Shown here: positions 51,212-62,949 of the stretch, in pieces
Layout: each line of letters opens with the position of its first letter
Position numbering within the stretch: the first letter of the stretch is position 1
Notes under the pieces: generated by a model
What the model was told of the DNA's origin: nothing
The model's input: only the letters and a program-made list of their open reading frames with translations
The model's database searches: none
Assembly: GCA_052390235.1 (NCBI GenBank)
Contig: JBQTHB010000002.1
Span: forward strand, 416,001-480,000
DNA: 64,000 nucleotides
From: Deltaproteobacteria bacterium
GTDB lineage: Bacteria; Desulfobacterota_D; UBA1144; Nemesobacterales; CSP1-2
Direction of reading: 5' to 3'
Made by a program: the position numbers and the translations under genes

Positions 51212-52516
51212 ATGACAATCCCCGAAGGGCTTCGAGCCGCGCTCGATTTCGGTTTGATGGATTCGATATTCACCCGCCGCTCCCGGAGGTTCGGCTTGGG
51301 GATGGAGATGAGGGAAGGGACGCTGAGGCATAAATCCCGTTTTGCGCCCGTTCCGCTGGGGGAGCTTGAAGAGGCATTTCTCATCTGGGCGGGAACCGGA
51401 ATGACGGGGCTGTCCCTAGGGGATCTGCCGCGCACGGGGATTTCATGGCTCTTTCAGTGGACTGGCAGAAGCTGGCCCTGCTCGTGCAACTCTCACTCAA
51501 CTGAACTCTTCTACACCAACGACGACGGCGTCTATATGATGAATCTCTTTAATCTGATGCCAGAGGCGGGGGAGACATCTATCTTCTCGGGCAAATCCGA
51601 AGAGGAAAAGCTGGAGAGGGTTGTGCGTCTATTCCGAAAGAGCCGCGTCAAACTCGAGGACGGCAGAGCGAATCTGCCCAAGGGCGAGCCGGGGCTATTT
51701 GATTTCAACGCATGGAACGCCAACCAGCCGGGAACCACTTTTCTCATCCCCGTAACAAATACCACTGTTGAGTACATGGTTTTGCTCTTCATATATTTCG
51801 GCGCTAAATACGGCTTTAACATCATTGATGAACTTAACGGCGGCAGATCCTGCGGCTTAGATAAGTGGATTAAAAAGGGCTATATCAGAGACGACGTTCG
51901 GATGTCGCTCTTTGATCTTGAACTCAGGGTGCTGACGACGCTGAACGTCGAGCAGGCATTCATCTGCCAGAATATGAACCTCGCGCTTCAGGCTCTGGGG
52001 CTCGGCGGATGGGCTTTCACGGGGCTTCTGCCGCACTACGCCCTTGGGCTGAATCCCTCGCACAAGGGACTTGGGTTCAGATTCATTACCCCGGAGAAAA
52101 CCGTCCGTAGCATCGCCGCCCCCACGCCAGTCGGAAGGGACGGGGCTTTTGAAGCCCTCTGCCCGCCATATGTCCGGGATATGAGAGAGGCCGTTGACAG
52201 GTTTCTTCAAATCCGGGGCGAATTCTGGAAGGAGGAAAACCCGTACCCTTATCAAAACCCCAAGGGAGTACTCGACGACGAATATCTACCCTCCGAGGAG
52301 AGGATAGAAATCGTAAAGGACTTTTGCGCCTACGTTTATGAAAACTACGGCAGATTTCCCGCCTTCCTAGACCCGATGTTCGCGCGGCTCGTCTTTCAGG
52401 CGCATCACCTAGACCTTGAGTTCTACGACAAGCACTACACCGAAGGGGCTTACACTGAGATTCATAGAAACCACTTCAAACTCTGGCATCCTGAGATGAA
52501 AGACCCGTTCGAGTGA
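51212..52516 (+). CDS. Conserved hypothetical protein, possibly nitroreductase-like fold
   Basis: N-terminal RRSRRF and QNMNLALQALGLGGW resemble nitroreductase FMN-binding elements; SD GAGGAG. Confidence 0.65.
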   Translation: MTIPEGLRAALDFGLMDSIFTRRSRRFGLGMEMREGTLRHKSRFAPVPLGELEEAFLIWAGTGMTGLSLGDLPRTGISWLFQWTGRSWPCSCNSHSTELFYTNDDGVYMMNLFNLMPEAGETSIFSGKSEEEKLERVVRLFRKSRVKLEDGRANLPKGEPGLFDFNAWNANQPGTTFLIPVTNTTVEYMVLLFIYFGAKYGFNIIDELNGGRSCGLDKWIKKGYIRDDVRMSLFDLELRVLTTLNVEQAFICQNMNLALQALGLGGWAFTGLLPHYALGLNPSHKGLGFRFITPEKTVRSIAAPTPVGRDGAFEALCPPYVRDMREAVDRFLQIRGEFWKEENPYPYQNPKGVLDDEYLPSEERIEIVKDFCAYVYENYGRFPAFLDPMFARLVFQAHHLDLEFYDKHYTEGAYTEIHRNHFKLWHPEMKDPFE

Positions 52517-52662
52517 TGAGTGATGAGTAGTGAGCTTTTTGCCGGCCCCTCGCTTCTGCTTTTTCGCGCGTATAAAACTATTTGACATCATAGCGCCGCA
52601 TATTATATCCTCTTAAGAGTAAATCTTACATGGATATAAATATCATTTAGGAGGATGCCGAG

Positions 52663-53118
52663 ATGAATAGTATGAAGAGTGTTTTAGTAGCCGCGCTGGC
52701 TATGGTTATGGTCGGATTGAGCCTTGCCTGTCCTCAACCGCCCCAAGAGGCTCCGGCCGAGAAATCTCTCTATGAGAGGTTGGGGGGGAAAGATGCGATA
52801 ATTGCCGTGGTTGACGATTTTGTCGCGCGGGTTGCGGCTGATACGCGCATCAACGGCTTTTTTGCCAATACTGATATAGCCCGCCTCAAGGGTTGCTTGG
52901 TGGATCAGGTATGCCAAGCCGCGGGGGGTCCATGCCAATATACGTGCAGGGATATGAAGTCCTCTCACGCGGGAATGGGCGTTTCAACCGCCGATTTTAA
53001 CGCCCTAGTCGAGGATTTAGTAGCGACGCTCGATAAATTCAAAGTGCCGCAGAGGGAAAAAGACGAGCTTCTGGGCGCGCTGGGCCCGATGCAGGGGGAT
53101 ATTGTCGAGAAGCCCTAA
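52663..53118 (+). CDS. Group 1 truncated haemoglobin with lipoprotein signal
   Basis: SLYERLGG, VVDDFV, GGPCQY, DMKSSH (proximal His), FNALVEDL; N-terminal LSLAC lipobox. Confidence 0.9.
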   Translation: MNSMKSVLVAALAMVMVGLSLACPQPPQEAPAEKSLYERLGGKDAIIAVVDDFVARVAADTRINGFFANTDIARLKGCLVDQVCQAAGGPCQYTCRDMKSSHAGMGVSTADFNALVEDLVATLDKFKVPQREKDELLGALGPMQGDIVEKP

Positions 53119-53150
53119 CATCTAAAATAGATATTTATTAATAACTACAT

Positions 53151-53195
53151 AGCCGGGGGATGGGCGCGCAGGCTCGCTCTCTCCCGGTTTTTTTT
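53151..53195 (+). terminator. Rho-independent terminator
   Basis: AGCCGGGGGA...TCTCCCGGTT stem followed by a T run. Confidence 0.7.
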
Positions 53196-53280
53196 CATTC
53201 CCAAGGGGACGCCCCTCATCGCCTCTGAGCCTGGTATATTCATTGGCATCGAAAAAGGAATCTTCTCTGGTTGGGGGCGG

Positions 53281-54351
53281 ATGAAAAATCATAAAGGAAA
53301 TGGCGAGTGGCTAGGGGCTGTGTTCGATGCCCTGCCAGATGCGATTATCGTTCTCGACTCCGCTTTTACTATAATTGCAATGAACGATTCGGCCGAGAAT
53401 ATATTTAAAATCTCCCGCGAGAAAGCCTCCGGCAGGCACTGCTTCAGCGTTATCCCTAAGGAAATCCAGGTCGTCGCCCTAAAATCCCTTGAAGAGGAGA
53501 GGAGCGTTATCGGGGATAGCGTCAAGGCTTCCCTGCGAGATGGGCAGAAGGTCTCGCTCCAAGCCGTGGCGTCGCCAATCCTCGGCAACATCGGAGGGGT
53601 AGATGGGATAGTGCTTCAGGTCAAAGACCTCGCCGGCGCGGAATTCCTCAACGAGAGGAATCTGCAGCAGGTCTCAAGCTCGGCTCTCGAAGGGCTTATC
53701 CTCGGACTCGCCCACGAGCTTAAAAACCCCCTTAGCGGAATCAGGGGTGCGGCTCAAATTCTGCTCGAAGAGGCGGGAAGCGCGGAGATTATCAAATGCG
53801 CCCGGATTATCATCAAAGAAGCCGACCGCCTGCGCTCGCTGCTCGATACGATGAAGAGGCTAGAGCCATTCGCAAAAGAGATTTTCGAGCCTGTAAACGT
53901 AAATGAAATCCTCACCGAGGTGCTTTTCCTAGAGTCCAAATCCCTCGGCGGCAAGGGAGTAAAATTCACCCACAGCTTCGATGTCGCCCTGCCTCCTGTA
54001 AGTGGCGACGCCAATTCACTCAAGCAGGCGATTCTCAATCTCGTTAGAAACGCCATTGAGGCTATAGAAGACAGAGGCGAGGTCTATGTCTCGACAAGAT
54101 GGATTACGGACTACAAGCTAAAAAACGAAAACGCCATTTCAATTTATATCAGGGACAGCGGCGCGGGAATCTCCAAAGAGTCTCTTGAGAAGATATTCTC
54201 TCCGTTTTATACGACGAAGAAAAATGGCACTGGCTTGGGGCTTTTCCTCGCCTATCAAATCGTGGCAAAACACGGCGGGGCTATTTTTGTCGAGAGTCAG
54301 CCGGGTAGGGGTACTCTCTTTAAGGTCTATCTGCCGATATATGAAAAATGA
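53281..54351 (+). CDS. ntrB: Nitrogen regulation sensor kinase NtrB-like (PAS-HisKA-HATPase)
   Basis: Cytoplasmic PAS; GLAHELKNPLSGIRGAAQIL typical of NtrB; located next to glnB-glnA. Confidence 0.8.
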   Translation: MKNHKGNGEWLGAVFDALPDAIIVLDSAFTIIAMNDSAENIFKISREKASGRHCFSVIPKEIQVVALKSLEEERSVIGDSVKASLRDGQKVSLQAVASPILGNIGGVDGIVLQVKDLAGAEFLNERNLQQVSSSALEGLILGLAHELKNPLSGIRGAAQILLEEAGSAEIIKCARIIIKEADRLRSLLDTMKRLEPFAKEIFEPVNVNEILTEVLFLESKSLGGKGVKFTHSFDVALPPVSGDANSLKQAILNLVRNAIEAIEDRGEVYVSTRWITDYKLKNENAISIYIRDSGAGISKESLEKIFSPFYTTKKNGTGLGLFLAYQIVAKHGGAIFVESQPGRGTLFKVYLPIYEK

Positions 54352-54578
54352 TTCACTCTGCGCGATTAGGAACTACGCTTGATTCTTAAACCTCTTCGAT
54401 GTGGTATCATTCACAGTAGCGATTCACGATAGTTGTCCTAGCTCTGGGGGTGAGGCTCTTTATCCCTCATTGTGAATTTCCCGTTCGATTTAATCCCAAA
54501 TGCTGTTGCAGGCGGGCGCAAAGTGTGATTTAATTCGATTCGACCGCCGAAAATTTCTTTATTCTTGCCAACCGAAAA

Positions 54579-56018
54579 ATGAAAGAGAAAATCCTAGTAG
54601 TGGATGACGAAGAAAGCATCAGATGGGTACTTGGGCGATACCTCGAGAAAGCCGGCTACGAGGTGGAATTCGGCGAGAACGGGACGGAGGCGATTGAAAA
54701 AGCCCAGTCCGAGCTGTTTTCCCTGATTATTCTCGATATAAAAATGCCGGATTTGAGCGGGCTTATGGTTCTGCGCGAGATTAGGCTAAAGAATATTGAC
54801 ACGCCCGTCATCATCATCACCGCCCAAAATACCGTGAAAAACGCCATTGACGCGATGAAGGAAGGGGCATACGACTACGTGGCTAAACCCTTCGACCTCG
54901 ACGAAGTGAAACTCACCGTGGAACGCGCCATCGAGGGCTATAACCACGTGAAGATGATTGAACACCTCAGGGCGACGCTCAGGGAAAATGTCGAAACCAA
55001 TCAGGGCATAGTCGGCAACTCGCCCTTGATGCTGAAAATCTATAAAAACATCGGCAGAGTGGCGGAAAAGGATTTAACAGTCCTCATCAACGGAGAAAGC
55101 GGCGTAGGAAAAGAGCTTATCGCCCGCGCCATTCACCTCAATAGTAAAAGAAGCGAGGAAAAACTCGTCGCCGTCAACATAGCCGCCATCCCCAAGGAAC
55201 TCTTAGAGAGCGAGCTTTTCGGCTACGAAAAAGGGGCATTCACCGGCGCGCTCATCCGAAAACAGGGCAGGTTTGAGGAGGCTCATAAAAGCACGCTTCT
55301 GCTCGATGAAATCGGCGATATGCCCTTCGAGCTTCAGACGAAACTGCTGCGAGTGCTGGAGGAGAAAAAGTTCTACCGCCTTGGGAGCGAGAAGCCCGTA
55401 GAGGTTGACGTAAGGGTAATAGCGGCTACCAATAAAAACCTTGAGCAGGAAGTCAACCGCGGTAAATTCCGAAAAGACCTCTTCTACAGGCTCAACGGAA
55501 TAACCATAGAAATCCCCCCGCTTAGGGATAGAAAGGAGGATATAACCGTTTTTGCGGATTTCTTCCTCGATAAATATTCCAAAGAACTCGGCACAGGAAA
55601 ACGGGTGCTTTCCGAGGAAGCCAAGGCGATACTATTTGAATACGATTGGCCCGGAAACGTAAGAGAGCTTGAAAACACGATAAAGCGCATACTCGTGCTT
55701 TCATCCGACATTATGATTACTCAGGAAACCATACTCGAAGCCGCCGCTTATGTTAGAAAATCCCGCCACGTCCCGGAGGACTCGCTCTACAGAGTCGTCC
55801 GCGATAGGTTCATGAGCATAATCAACTCAAACCAAGACCCCCCCGAAAGCGGCATATATGATATGTTCATAAAAGAGGTGGAAAAGCCTCTGATTGAAGC
55901 CGTGCTTGAAATTACAAAAGGGAATAAGAAAAAAGCGGCGGCAGTGCTGGGCATTAACCGAAACACACTTGCCAAGAAACTCGACGAGCTTGGGATTTTT
56001 TTGGAAGAAGCAGATTGA
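54579..56018 (+). CDS. ntrC: Nitrogen regulation response regulator NtrC-like
   Basis: [62 protein letters not shown]. Confidence 0.85.
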   Translation: MKEKILVVDDEESIRWVLGRYLEKAGYEVEFGENGTEAIEKAQSELFSLIILDIKMPDLSGLMVLREIRLKNIDTPVIIITAQNTVKNAIDAMKEGAYDYVAKPFDLDEVKLTVERAIEGYNHVKMIEHLRATLRENVETNQGIVGNSPLMLKIYKNIGRVAEKDLTVLINGESGVGKELIARAIHLNSKRSEEKLVAVNIAAIPKELLESELFGYEKGAFTGALIRKQGRFEEAHKSTLLLDEIGDMPFELQTKLLRVLEEKKFYRLGSEKPVEVDVRVIAATNKNLEQEVNRGKFRKDLFYRLNGITIEIPPLRDRKEDITVFADFFLDKYSKELGTGKRVLSEEAKAILFEYDWPGNVRELENTIKRILVLSSDIMITQETILEAAAYVRKSRHVPEDSLYRVVRDRFMSIINSNQDPPESGIYDMFIKEVEKPLIEAVLEITKGNKKKAAAVLGINRNTLAKKLDELGIFLEEAD

Positions 56019-56109
56019 CCAGCGGATGCAATCCGGTCTTAAAAACTCTCTGCTATGAGGGCAACCGAGCGCAATATGTAATCACGCGCGCCGATCGGGG
56101 CAGGGGGGC

Positions 56110-56775
56110 TCAGTTCTCTGCTGAATCAAATCCTGCTAGAGCCTCTTTAGCCGCGGACTGCTCGGCTTCTTTCTTGTTTCTCCCCGCGCCTTTTCCAAGG
56201 AGCTTTCTGCCTATTTTGACTTCGACGTAAAAGGTTTTGCTGTGTGCTAGTCCCTGTTCAAGCACGACCCTGTACTTGGGTACGCTCTTGTATTTTTTCT
56301 GCACCAGCTCCTGAAGCCGCGTCTTAGGGTCGCTGAATAGGGCTTCGTCATTAATACATTTTTTCAAGAGCTTGTTGATAACTCTGATGGCCGATCTGTA
56401 GCCCCCGTCAATATAAACCGCCCCGATGACGGCTTCAAACGCCCCGGAGAGGTTTGACTCCCTATCGCGCCCTCCGGTCAGTTCTTCGCCCTTTCCGAGC
56501 ATAATATCTCTGTCAATTTCTAGCTCTCTTGCGAAACGCGCAAAATTTGCCCCGCTCACAATGGCGCTCCTCATCTTCGAGAGCTTCCCTTCTGGGGCTT
56601 CGGGGAATTCATCGTATAGAAACTTAGCCACTGCGCAGTCAAGCACGGCGTCCCCAAGAAACTCAAGCCTCTCGTAGCTTTCAATCGAGGTCTCGTTGGC
56701 AAACGAGCTGTGGGCGAGCGATGTTTTCAGGAGTTGCTGGATTTTGAATGTGTATCCGAGTTTTTTCTCAATCAT
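56110..56775 (-). CDS. rnc: Ribonuclease III
   Basis: YERLEFLGDAVL signature, FEAVIGA, dsRBD DPKTRLQE..KKEAEQ. Confidence 0.96.
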   Translation of the reverse strand: MIEKKLGYTFKIQQLLKTSLAHSSFANETSIESYERLEFLGDAVLDCAVAKFLYDEFPEAPEGKLSKMRSAIVSGANFARFARELEIDRDIMLGKGEELTGGRDRESNLSGAFEAVIGAVYIDGGYRSAIRVINKLLKKCINDEALFSDPKTRLQELVQKKYKSVPKYRVVLEQGLAHSKTFYVEVKIGRKLLGKGAGRNKKEAEQSAAKEALAGFDSAEN

Positions 56776-56973
56776 TGATGGTAAATAATTAGCGCAGTTC
56801 CTATGAAAATCAATAAACTCCGCGAAAATACTGCCGCTTTATTTATTATAGCCGATTGCCGGAATCTGGCGGCGGCGCTGCGGATAAATGCAATTTGGCG
56901 TTCTGGTATTGAAGTAAATCGAGTTTATAGTAGAATGTCCCATCTGGCGGCGGTGTTTAGTTTTTAAAACTCC

Positions 56974-56992
56974 GTGCTTAAGTCTTAGGCAC
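56974..56992. promoter_or_regulatory. NtrC-type enhancer palindrome upstream of glnB-glnA
   Basis: GTGCTTAAGTCTTAGGCAC (TGC-N11-GCA); a second candidate AGCGCATGTTTTGGGCA at 57028-57044. Confidence 0.75.
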
Positions 56993-57029
56993 AATTTTTC
57001 CGCTGAATCGGCTTCGAGCCCGGCAATAG

Positions 57030-57449
<420 letters not shown>

Positions 57450-57488
57450 AATTAGAAAATAATCACAATCAAGGAGGATGTGCAATAT

Positions 57489-58940
57489 ATGGCTACGAAA
57501 AAGAAGGCTTCAACCAGCCCTTTTCCCCAAAACGCAGGGGAAGTGTTTAAGCTCATAAGCGAGAAACAAATCGAGGTGATTGACTTCAGATTTCTCGATT
57601 TTCTAGGAACTTGGCAGCACTTCAGCGCTCCCACCCACGAGCTTGAAGAAGAGACCTTTGAAGAGGGCCTCGGCTTTGACGGCTCAAGCATTCGAGGCTG
57701 GCAGTCTATTCACGCAAGCGATATGCTCGTTATCCCCGACCCCACGACGGCGAGAATTGACCCGTTTACCGCACATCCGACGCTGTCTCTGATATGCGAC
57801 ATCGCCGAGCCGCTCACCCATGAGGCTTACTCTCGCGATCCGAGAAATATCGCCAAAAAGTCCGTCGCTCACCTGAAAAATACCGGCATTGCCGATACGG
57901 CGTTTTTTGGCCCCGAGCTTGAGTTTTTTATTTTCGATGACGTCAGATACGACCAGACTACACACTCCGGCTATTACTACATAGATTCCGTCGAGGGTAT
58001 CTGGAACTCCGGCAGGGATGAAAAACCGAACCTAGGCTATAAGCAGAGATACAAAGAGGGCTACTTTCCTGTGTCTCCGACGGACAGTTTTCAGGACCTG
58101 CGCTCGGAGATGATAAAAGTACTGGAACAAGTGGGCGTCATCATCGAGAAGCAGCACCACGAGGTCGCAACCGGAGGTCAAGCCGAGATTGATATGCGCT
58201 TTGCCCCGCTCGTTGAAATGGGCGATAGAATGATGTGGTATAAATACATCTGCAGAAACGTCGCCAAGAAATATGGAAAGACCGTATCCTTCATGCCTAA
58301 GCCCCTTTTCGGCGACAACGGCTCCGGGATGCACACGCACCAGTCCCTGTGGAAAGACGGCAAGCCGCTTTTTGCGGGCAACTCCTACGCCGGTTTGAGC
58401 GAAATGGCTATGTACTACATCGGAGGGATTCTTAAGCACGCCCCGGCTCTGTGCGCATTCGTAGCTCCGACTACTAACTCGTATAGGAGACTCGTTCCGG
58501 GATATGAAGCGCCGGTTAACCTAGCCTATTCTGCTAGAAACCGTAGCGCCGCAATTAGAATCCCGATGTACTCTCAAAGCCCGAAATCCAAGAGGCTTGA
58601 GGCCAGATTCCCCGACCCGTCCTGCAACGGCTACATTGCCTTCGCCGCGATGCTCATGGCGGGATTAGACGGCATCGAAAAGAGAATTCATCCGGGAGAG
58701 CCGCTCGATAAAGACATCTACGCCCTCGGGCCAGAGGAGCTTGCCGGAATTCCGTCCGTACCCGGCTCGCTTGAGGATTCACTCAAAGCGCTTGCCGCAG
58801 ACCACGAATTCCTGCTCAAGGGCGACGTTTTCACCACAGACGCAATTGAGACGTGGATTAGCTATAAGATGGAAAAAGAGGTCAATCCGATGAAGCTCAG
58901 GCCCGTGCCTTATGAGTTTATGCTCTATTTCGACTGCTAA
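57489..58940 (+). CDS. glnA: Glutamine synthetase type I
   Basis: [53 protein letters not shown]; adenylylation-loop Tyr in DKDIY. Confidence 0.97.
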   Translation: MATKKKASTSPFPQNAGEVFKLISEKQIEVIDFRFLDFLGTWQHFSAPTHELEEETFEEGLGFDGSSIRGWQSIHASDMLVIPDPTTARIDPFTAHPTLSLICDIAEPLTHEAYSRDPRNIAKKSVAHLKNTGIADTAFFGPELEFFIFDDVRYDQTTHSGYYYIDSVEGIWNSGRDEKPNLGYKQRYKEGYFPVSPTDSFQDLRSEMIKVLEQVGVIIEKQHHEVATGGQAEIDMRFAPLVEMGDRMMWYKYICRNVAKKYGKTVSFMPKPLFGDNGSGMHTHQSLWKDGKPLFAGNSYAGLSEMAMYYIGGILKHAPALCAFVAPTTNSYRRLVPGYEAPVNLAYSARNRSAAIRIPMYSQSPKSKRLEARFPDPSCNGYIAFAAMLMAGLDGIEKRIHPGEPLDKDIYALGPEELAGIPSVPGSLEDSLKALAADHEFLLKGDVFTTDAIETWISYKMEKEVNPMKLRPVPYEFMLYFDC

Positions 58941-58969
58941 TTGGATTTTCTGACGCCTTGACACACAGC

Positions 58970-59009
58970 AGGCGGCAATTCCCAATCATCGGTGTTGCCG
59001 CCTTTTTTT
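58970..59009 (+). terminator. Rho-independent terminator of glnB-glnA
   Basis: AGGCGGCAA...TTGCCGCCT stem with T7 run. Confidence 0.85.
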
Positions 59010-59141
59010 GTTGGAGAGCGCGCATTTATTTATGCCATTCCCGCGCTTGGGCTCACCATAAGCGCCGCCGAACTATTAGAAGCTGATGGGGGATAATAGC
59101 AGTCGCCCCCCGCTCCGTTAAATGTCTGCAATTTATTAGGG

Positions 59142-60560
59142 TTATCTGTCAAAGAGGTGAAGCTGCTTGAGCTTTATCTTAGAATCGGCGATTTCAACCG
59201 GGTAGTTCCCTGTAAAGCAGGCGTCGCAGAAGCTCTCCCGCCCTTCAAGCGCCTTTGCGGTTTCAACGGCTTTGGCGACCCCTTCGAGGCTCAGGTATCC
59301 TAGCGAGTCTGAGGTGATGTATTTGTTGATTTCATCCACGCTGAGCGACGATGCAATGAGTTCTTCTCTTATCGGAGTGTCAACCCCATAGTAGCAGGAA
59401 AAGCACATCGGCGGGGAGCTAATTCTGAGGTGAATTTCCTTCGCACCCGCCGCGCGAATCATCTTCACAATTTTGCGGCTCGTCGTTCCCCTCACAATGG
59501 AATCGTCTATGATGACGACCCTTTTGCCGGCTAAAACCTCGCGTATGGCGTTGAGCTTGAGCTTGACACCGAAGTTTCTGATGGACTGCTGAGGCTCGAT
59601 AAACGTCCTGCCGACGTAGTGGCTTCGCAGTAGCCCCATTTCAAGCGGAAGCCCCGAATATTCGGCATATCCCATAGCGGCTGGGACGCCTGAGTCCGGC
59701 ACGGCGACGACGATATCGGCGTCGGCTGGTTGCTCCTTGGCGAGTTGCTTGCCGAATTCCTTTCTCACCTGATAGACGTTGCGGCTGAATATGGAGCTGT
59801 CGGGTCTGGCAAAATAGATATATTCAAACACGCAGTGCGCGGACTTCGCGGCGGGGAAGGGCTTGAACGACTCCATACCGCCCTTGGCTCTTATAACGAG
59901 AATCTCTCCCGGCTCGATTTCCCTTATAAATTCCGCCTCGATGAGGTCAAAGGCGCAGGTCTCGGATGCCACTACAGTTGCCTCGCCGAGCCTTCCAAGC
60001 ACAAGTGGCCTGAACCCCTGCGGGTCTCTTGCGGCTACCATGAATTTGGGCGAGAGAAACAGCAGGGAATAAGCCCCTTTACAGCGCAAAAGGGCCTCCG
60101 TGATGCGTTTTATTAGCTTATCTTCTTTCGATTTTGCGATGAGGTGGACGATGACTTCCGTGTCGGTTGTGGATTGAAATATCGCTCCATCTTGCTCGAG
60201 TTCTTCTCGCAGGATGCGGGCGTTGGTGAAGTTGCCGTTGTGGGCAATGGCAAGCTCGCCTTTGAAGTAGGTTACGACGATGGGCTGGCTATTTTTGAGG
60301 TGGCTTGAGCCAGTGGTTGAGTAGCGCACGTGTCCTATGGCATTTTTGCCGGGGAGTCGGGACAGAACGTCCTCTGTGAAAATATCGGAGACAAGCCCCA
60401 TCTCGCGGTGAGAGTAAAGGTGGCTGTTGTCTGAGGTTACTATTCCCGCGCTCTCCTGCCCCCTGTGCTGAAGGGAGTGAAGCCCCAAGTAGGTGAGATT
60501 TGCCGCCTCCGGGTGTCCGAATATGCCGAAAAGCCCGCACTCTTCTTTTATTTTCGCCAT
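59142..60560 (-). CDS. purF: Amidophosphoribosyltransferase
   Basis: [46 protein letters not shown]. Confidence 0.97.
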   Translation of the reverse strand: MAKIKEECGLFGIFGHPEAANLTYLGLHSLQHRGQESAGIVTSDNSHLYSHREMGLVSDIFTEDVLSRLPGKNAIGHVRYSTTGSSHLKNSQPIVVTYFKGELAIAHNGNFTNARILREELEQDGAIFQSTTDTEVIVHLIAKSKEDKLIKRITEALLRCKGAYSLLFLSPKFMVAARDPQGFRPLVLGRLGEATVVASETCAFDLIEAEFIREIEPGEILVIRAKGGMESFKPFPAAKSAHCVFEYIYFARPDSSIFSRNVYQVRKEFGKQLAKEQPADADIVVAVPDSGVPAAMGYAEYSGLPLEMGLLRSHYVGRTFIEPQQSIRNFGVKLKLNAIREVLAGKRVVIIDDSIVRGTTSRKIVKMIRAAGAKEIHLRISSPPMCFSCYYGVDTPIREELIASSLSVDEINKYITSDSLGYLSLEGVAKAVETAKALEGRESFCDACFTGNYPVEIADSKIKLKQLHLFDR

Positions 60561-60626
60561 GTTTAAGTGAGTTTAAATGAATGAAATAAATCCGCCGCTC
60601 TCGCCTCGCCGCCGCCCTGTCCGCCG

Positions 60627-62825
60627 TTATTTCAATAAATCTTCAAATCCCCCCGCCCAAGCCCTGTGCGCCGCCTCTGCCGATAGGTCAATCAACCCCG
60701 CAATGTGGAAGCGCTCCCCCCCGACTGAGCCTATCATCTGCATCGGGACTCCGCTCGCCTCGGCTATTTTCTCTATAGCGCGGACATTTTTCTTATCCGC
60801 AGAAATTAGCGCCCTAGATTGGGACTCGCCGAATAGTAGCGCGTCTGCCCTAATTCTACCATGAATCGGTTTTATTTGCACCCCGGCGACGCCGCTGGGA
60901 TTAAAGCAGGCTTCGGCAAGGGCAATTGCAAGCCCGCCTTCGGAAATGTCATGCGCCGAGCTTATTAGCCCAAGCTCCGCCGCATCGAGAAGCGCCTTAA
61001 TTAGATTCGCCTCTGCCCGGAGGTTAATTCGGGGCGGAAGCCCAGCCGCAAGCCCGTGAATTGTCTTGAGGTACTCGCTTCCCCCAATCTCTCCGTGCGT
61101 CTCGCCGAGGAGAATCACGACATCTCCCTCGCGCTTGAACCACTGCGTGATGCGCTTATTCACATTATTGATGAGTCCGACCATCCCGATTGTCGGCGTG
61201 GGGTATATCGCCCGCCCTTCGGTCTCGTTGTAGAAACTCACGTTGCCGCCCACAACCGGAGTGCCGAGGGCGATGCACGCATCGGATATGCCCTCGACTG
61301 AGCGCTTGAATTGCCACATGATTTCCGGGTTTTCGGGGCTTGCGAAATTGAGGCAGTCCGTAATAGCAAGCGGAGTCGCGCCGGAGCAGGCGAGGTTTCT
61401 CGCGCTCTCGGCTACGGCGATTTGCGCCCCGGCGTGGGGGTCGAGGTAGCAGTATCGGGAGTTGCAATTGAGCGTCATGGCGAGGGCTTTGTCACTCCCC
61501 TTGATTCTCACGACGGATGCGTCTGAGCCGGGAGGGACTACTGTATTTGTGCGAACCATGTGGTCGTACTGCTCCCAAATCCAGCGCCTGCTCGAGAGAT
61601 TCGCCGAGCTGAGCATCTTGAGTAGCGCCGAGTTCATATCTCCCGGCACGGGGATTGACTCGAGATTGAGCCTATTTGCCGATTTTAGATACTGGGGTTT
61701 TCGGTAAGGACGCTTATACCTCGGCGCATCGTCCGTAAGGGAGTTAATGGGCAGAGAGGCGGCGGTGTTTCCATTATCGGCGAGGATTAACTTTCCCGTG
61801 TCCGTAACCTCGCCCACGACGGCGAAGTCGAGCGCCCATTTGCGAAAAATCCTCTCTGCCGCTTCCTCTCGCCCCCGCTCAACGACCAGTAGCATCCTCT
61901 CCTGAGATTCGGACAGCATAACCTCGTAAGGGGTCATGCCCATCTCCCGTCTCGGCACTTTATCAATCCAAAGCGTAACTCCCGTTCCAGCGCGCCCTCC
62001 CATCTCGACGGAGGACGACGTAAGTCCCGCCGCTCCCATGTCCTGAATCCCCACGACGACGCCCGTTTTAAATAGCTCAAGACAGGCCTCGAGCAGGAGC
62101 TTTTCCGTGAACGGGTCTCCTACCTGCACCGCGGGCCTCTTCTCTTCGGTTTCTTTAGTGAACGTGTCAGATGCCATCACGGCCCCGTGAATCCCATCGC
62201 GTCCGGTTTTCGAGCCGATGTAAATCACGGGATTGCCGACTCCTCTGGCGACTCCCCTGAAGATTTCGCCCTTTTTCATGATTCCGAGCGCGAAGACGTT
62301 TACGAGCGGGTTTCCGTTGTAGCACTCATCGAAATACGTCTCGCCGCCCACGGTGGGAATGCCGATGCAGTTGCCATAGCCGGCGATGCCGGAGACAACG
62401 CCAGATACGAGGTACTTAGTTGTCGGCAAAGCGGGGTCTCCAAACCGGAGCGAGTCGAGAATGGCTATGGGTCTCGCGCCCATGGTGAAAATGTCGCGCA
62501 GAATCCCTCCAACGCCGGTTGCCGCCCCTTGATACGGCTCGATGAACGAGGGGTGGTTGTGGCTTTCCATTTTAAATGCGGCGCAGAGCCCATCGCCGAT
62601 GTCAACAATGCCCGCATTCTCTCCGGGTCCTTGGACGACGCGCTCGCCTTTTGTGGGAAATTTCCGAAGATAGACCCTTGAGCTTTTGTACGAGCAATGC
62701 TCAGACCACATGGCGGCGAATATGCCAATTTCGGTGATATTGGGCTGTCTGCCTAGGGTGTCAACGATTTTTTTATATTCATCTTCTTTGAGACCGTGTT
62801 TCAAGGCGATTTGTAATTGGTTCAT
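60627..62825 (-). CDS. purL: Phosphoribosylformylglycinamidine synthase subunit PurL (small type)
   Basis: [53 protein letters not shown]. Confidence 0.97.
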   Translation of the reverse strand: MNQLQIALKHGLKEDEYKKIVDTLGRQPNITEIGIFAAMWSEHCSYKSSRVYLRKFPTKGERVVQGPGENAGIVDIGDGLCAAFKMESHNHPSFIEPYQGAATGVGGILRDIFTMGARPIAILDSLRFGDPALPTTKYLVSGVVSGIAGYGNCIGIPTVGGETYFDECYNGNPLVNVFALGIMKKGEIFRGVARGVGNPVIYIGSKTGRDGIHGAVMASDTFTKETEEKRPAVQVGDPFTEKLLLEACLELFKTGVVVGIQDMGAAGLTSSSVEMGGRAGTGVTLWIDKVPRREMGMTPYEVMLSESQERMLLVVERGREEAAERIFRKWALDFAVVGEVTDTGKLILADNGNTAASLPINSLTDDAPRYKRPYRKPQYLKSANRLNLESIPVPGDMNSALLKMLSSANLSSRRWIWEQYDHMVRTNTVVPPGSDASVVRIKGSDKALAMTLNCNSRYCYLDPHAGAQIAVAESARNLACSGATPLAITDCLNFASPENPEIMWQFKRSVEGISDACIALGTPVVGGNVSFYNETEGRAIYPTPTIGMVGLINNVNKRITQWFKREGDVVILLGETHGEIGGSEYLKTIHGLAAGLPPRINLRAEANLIKALLDAAELGLISSAHDISEGGLAIALAEACFNPSGVAGVQIKPIHGRIRADALLFGESQSRALISADKKNVRAIEKIAEASGVPMQMIGSVGGERFHIAGLIDLSAEAAHRAWAGGFEDLLK

Positions 62826-62949
62826 GAGGAGCGTAATTATACCCTATGCTCACGGCTGAAAAAGTAGGAGAGGGGCGCAGTGGGGGCGGATACGGATTTG
62901 TGTCAGATGGATTGCCGGGACCGGAGGGGATTTCCCTTAAAATCTCTCA

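Noticed and set aside
53232..53248. Possible sigma-54 promoter before ntrB (TGGTATATTCATTGGCA)
   Set aside because: The -24 half matches the glnB promoter, but the -12 position is GG rather than GC at N10 spacing and no enhancer palindrome is nearby; not called
59020..59031. CGCGCATTTATT-like match to the reverse complement of 38960-38971
   Set aside because: Lies downstream of the glnA terminator between convergent genes with no promoter; likely chance
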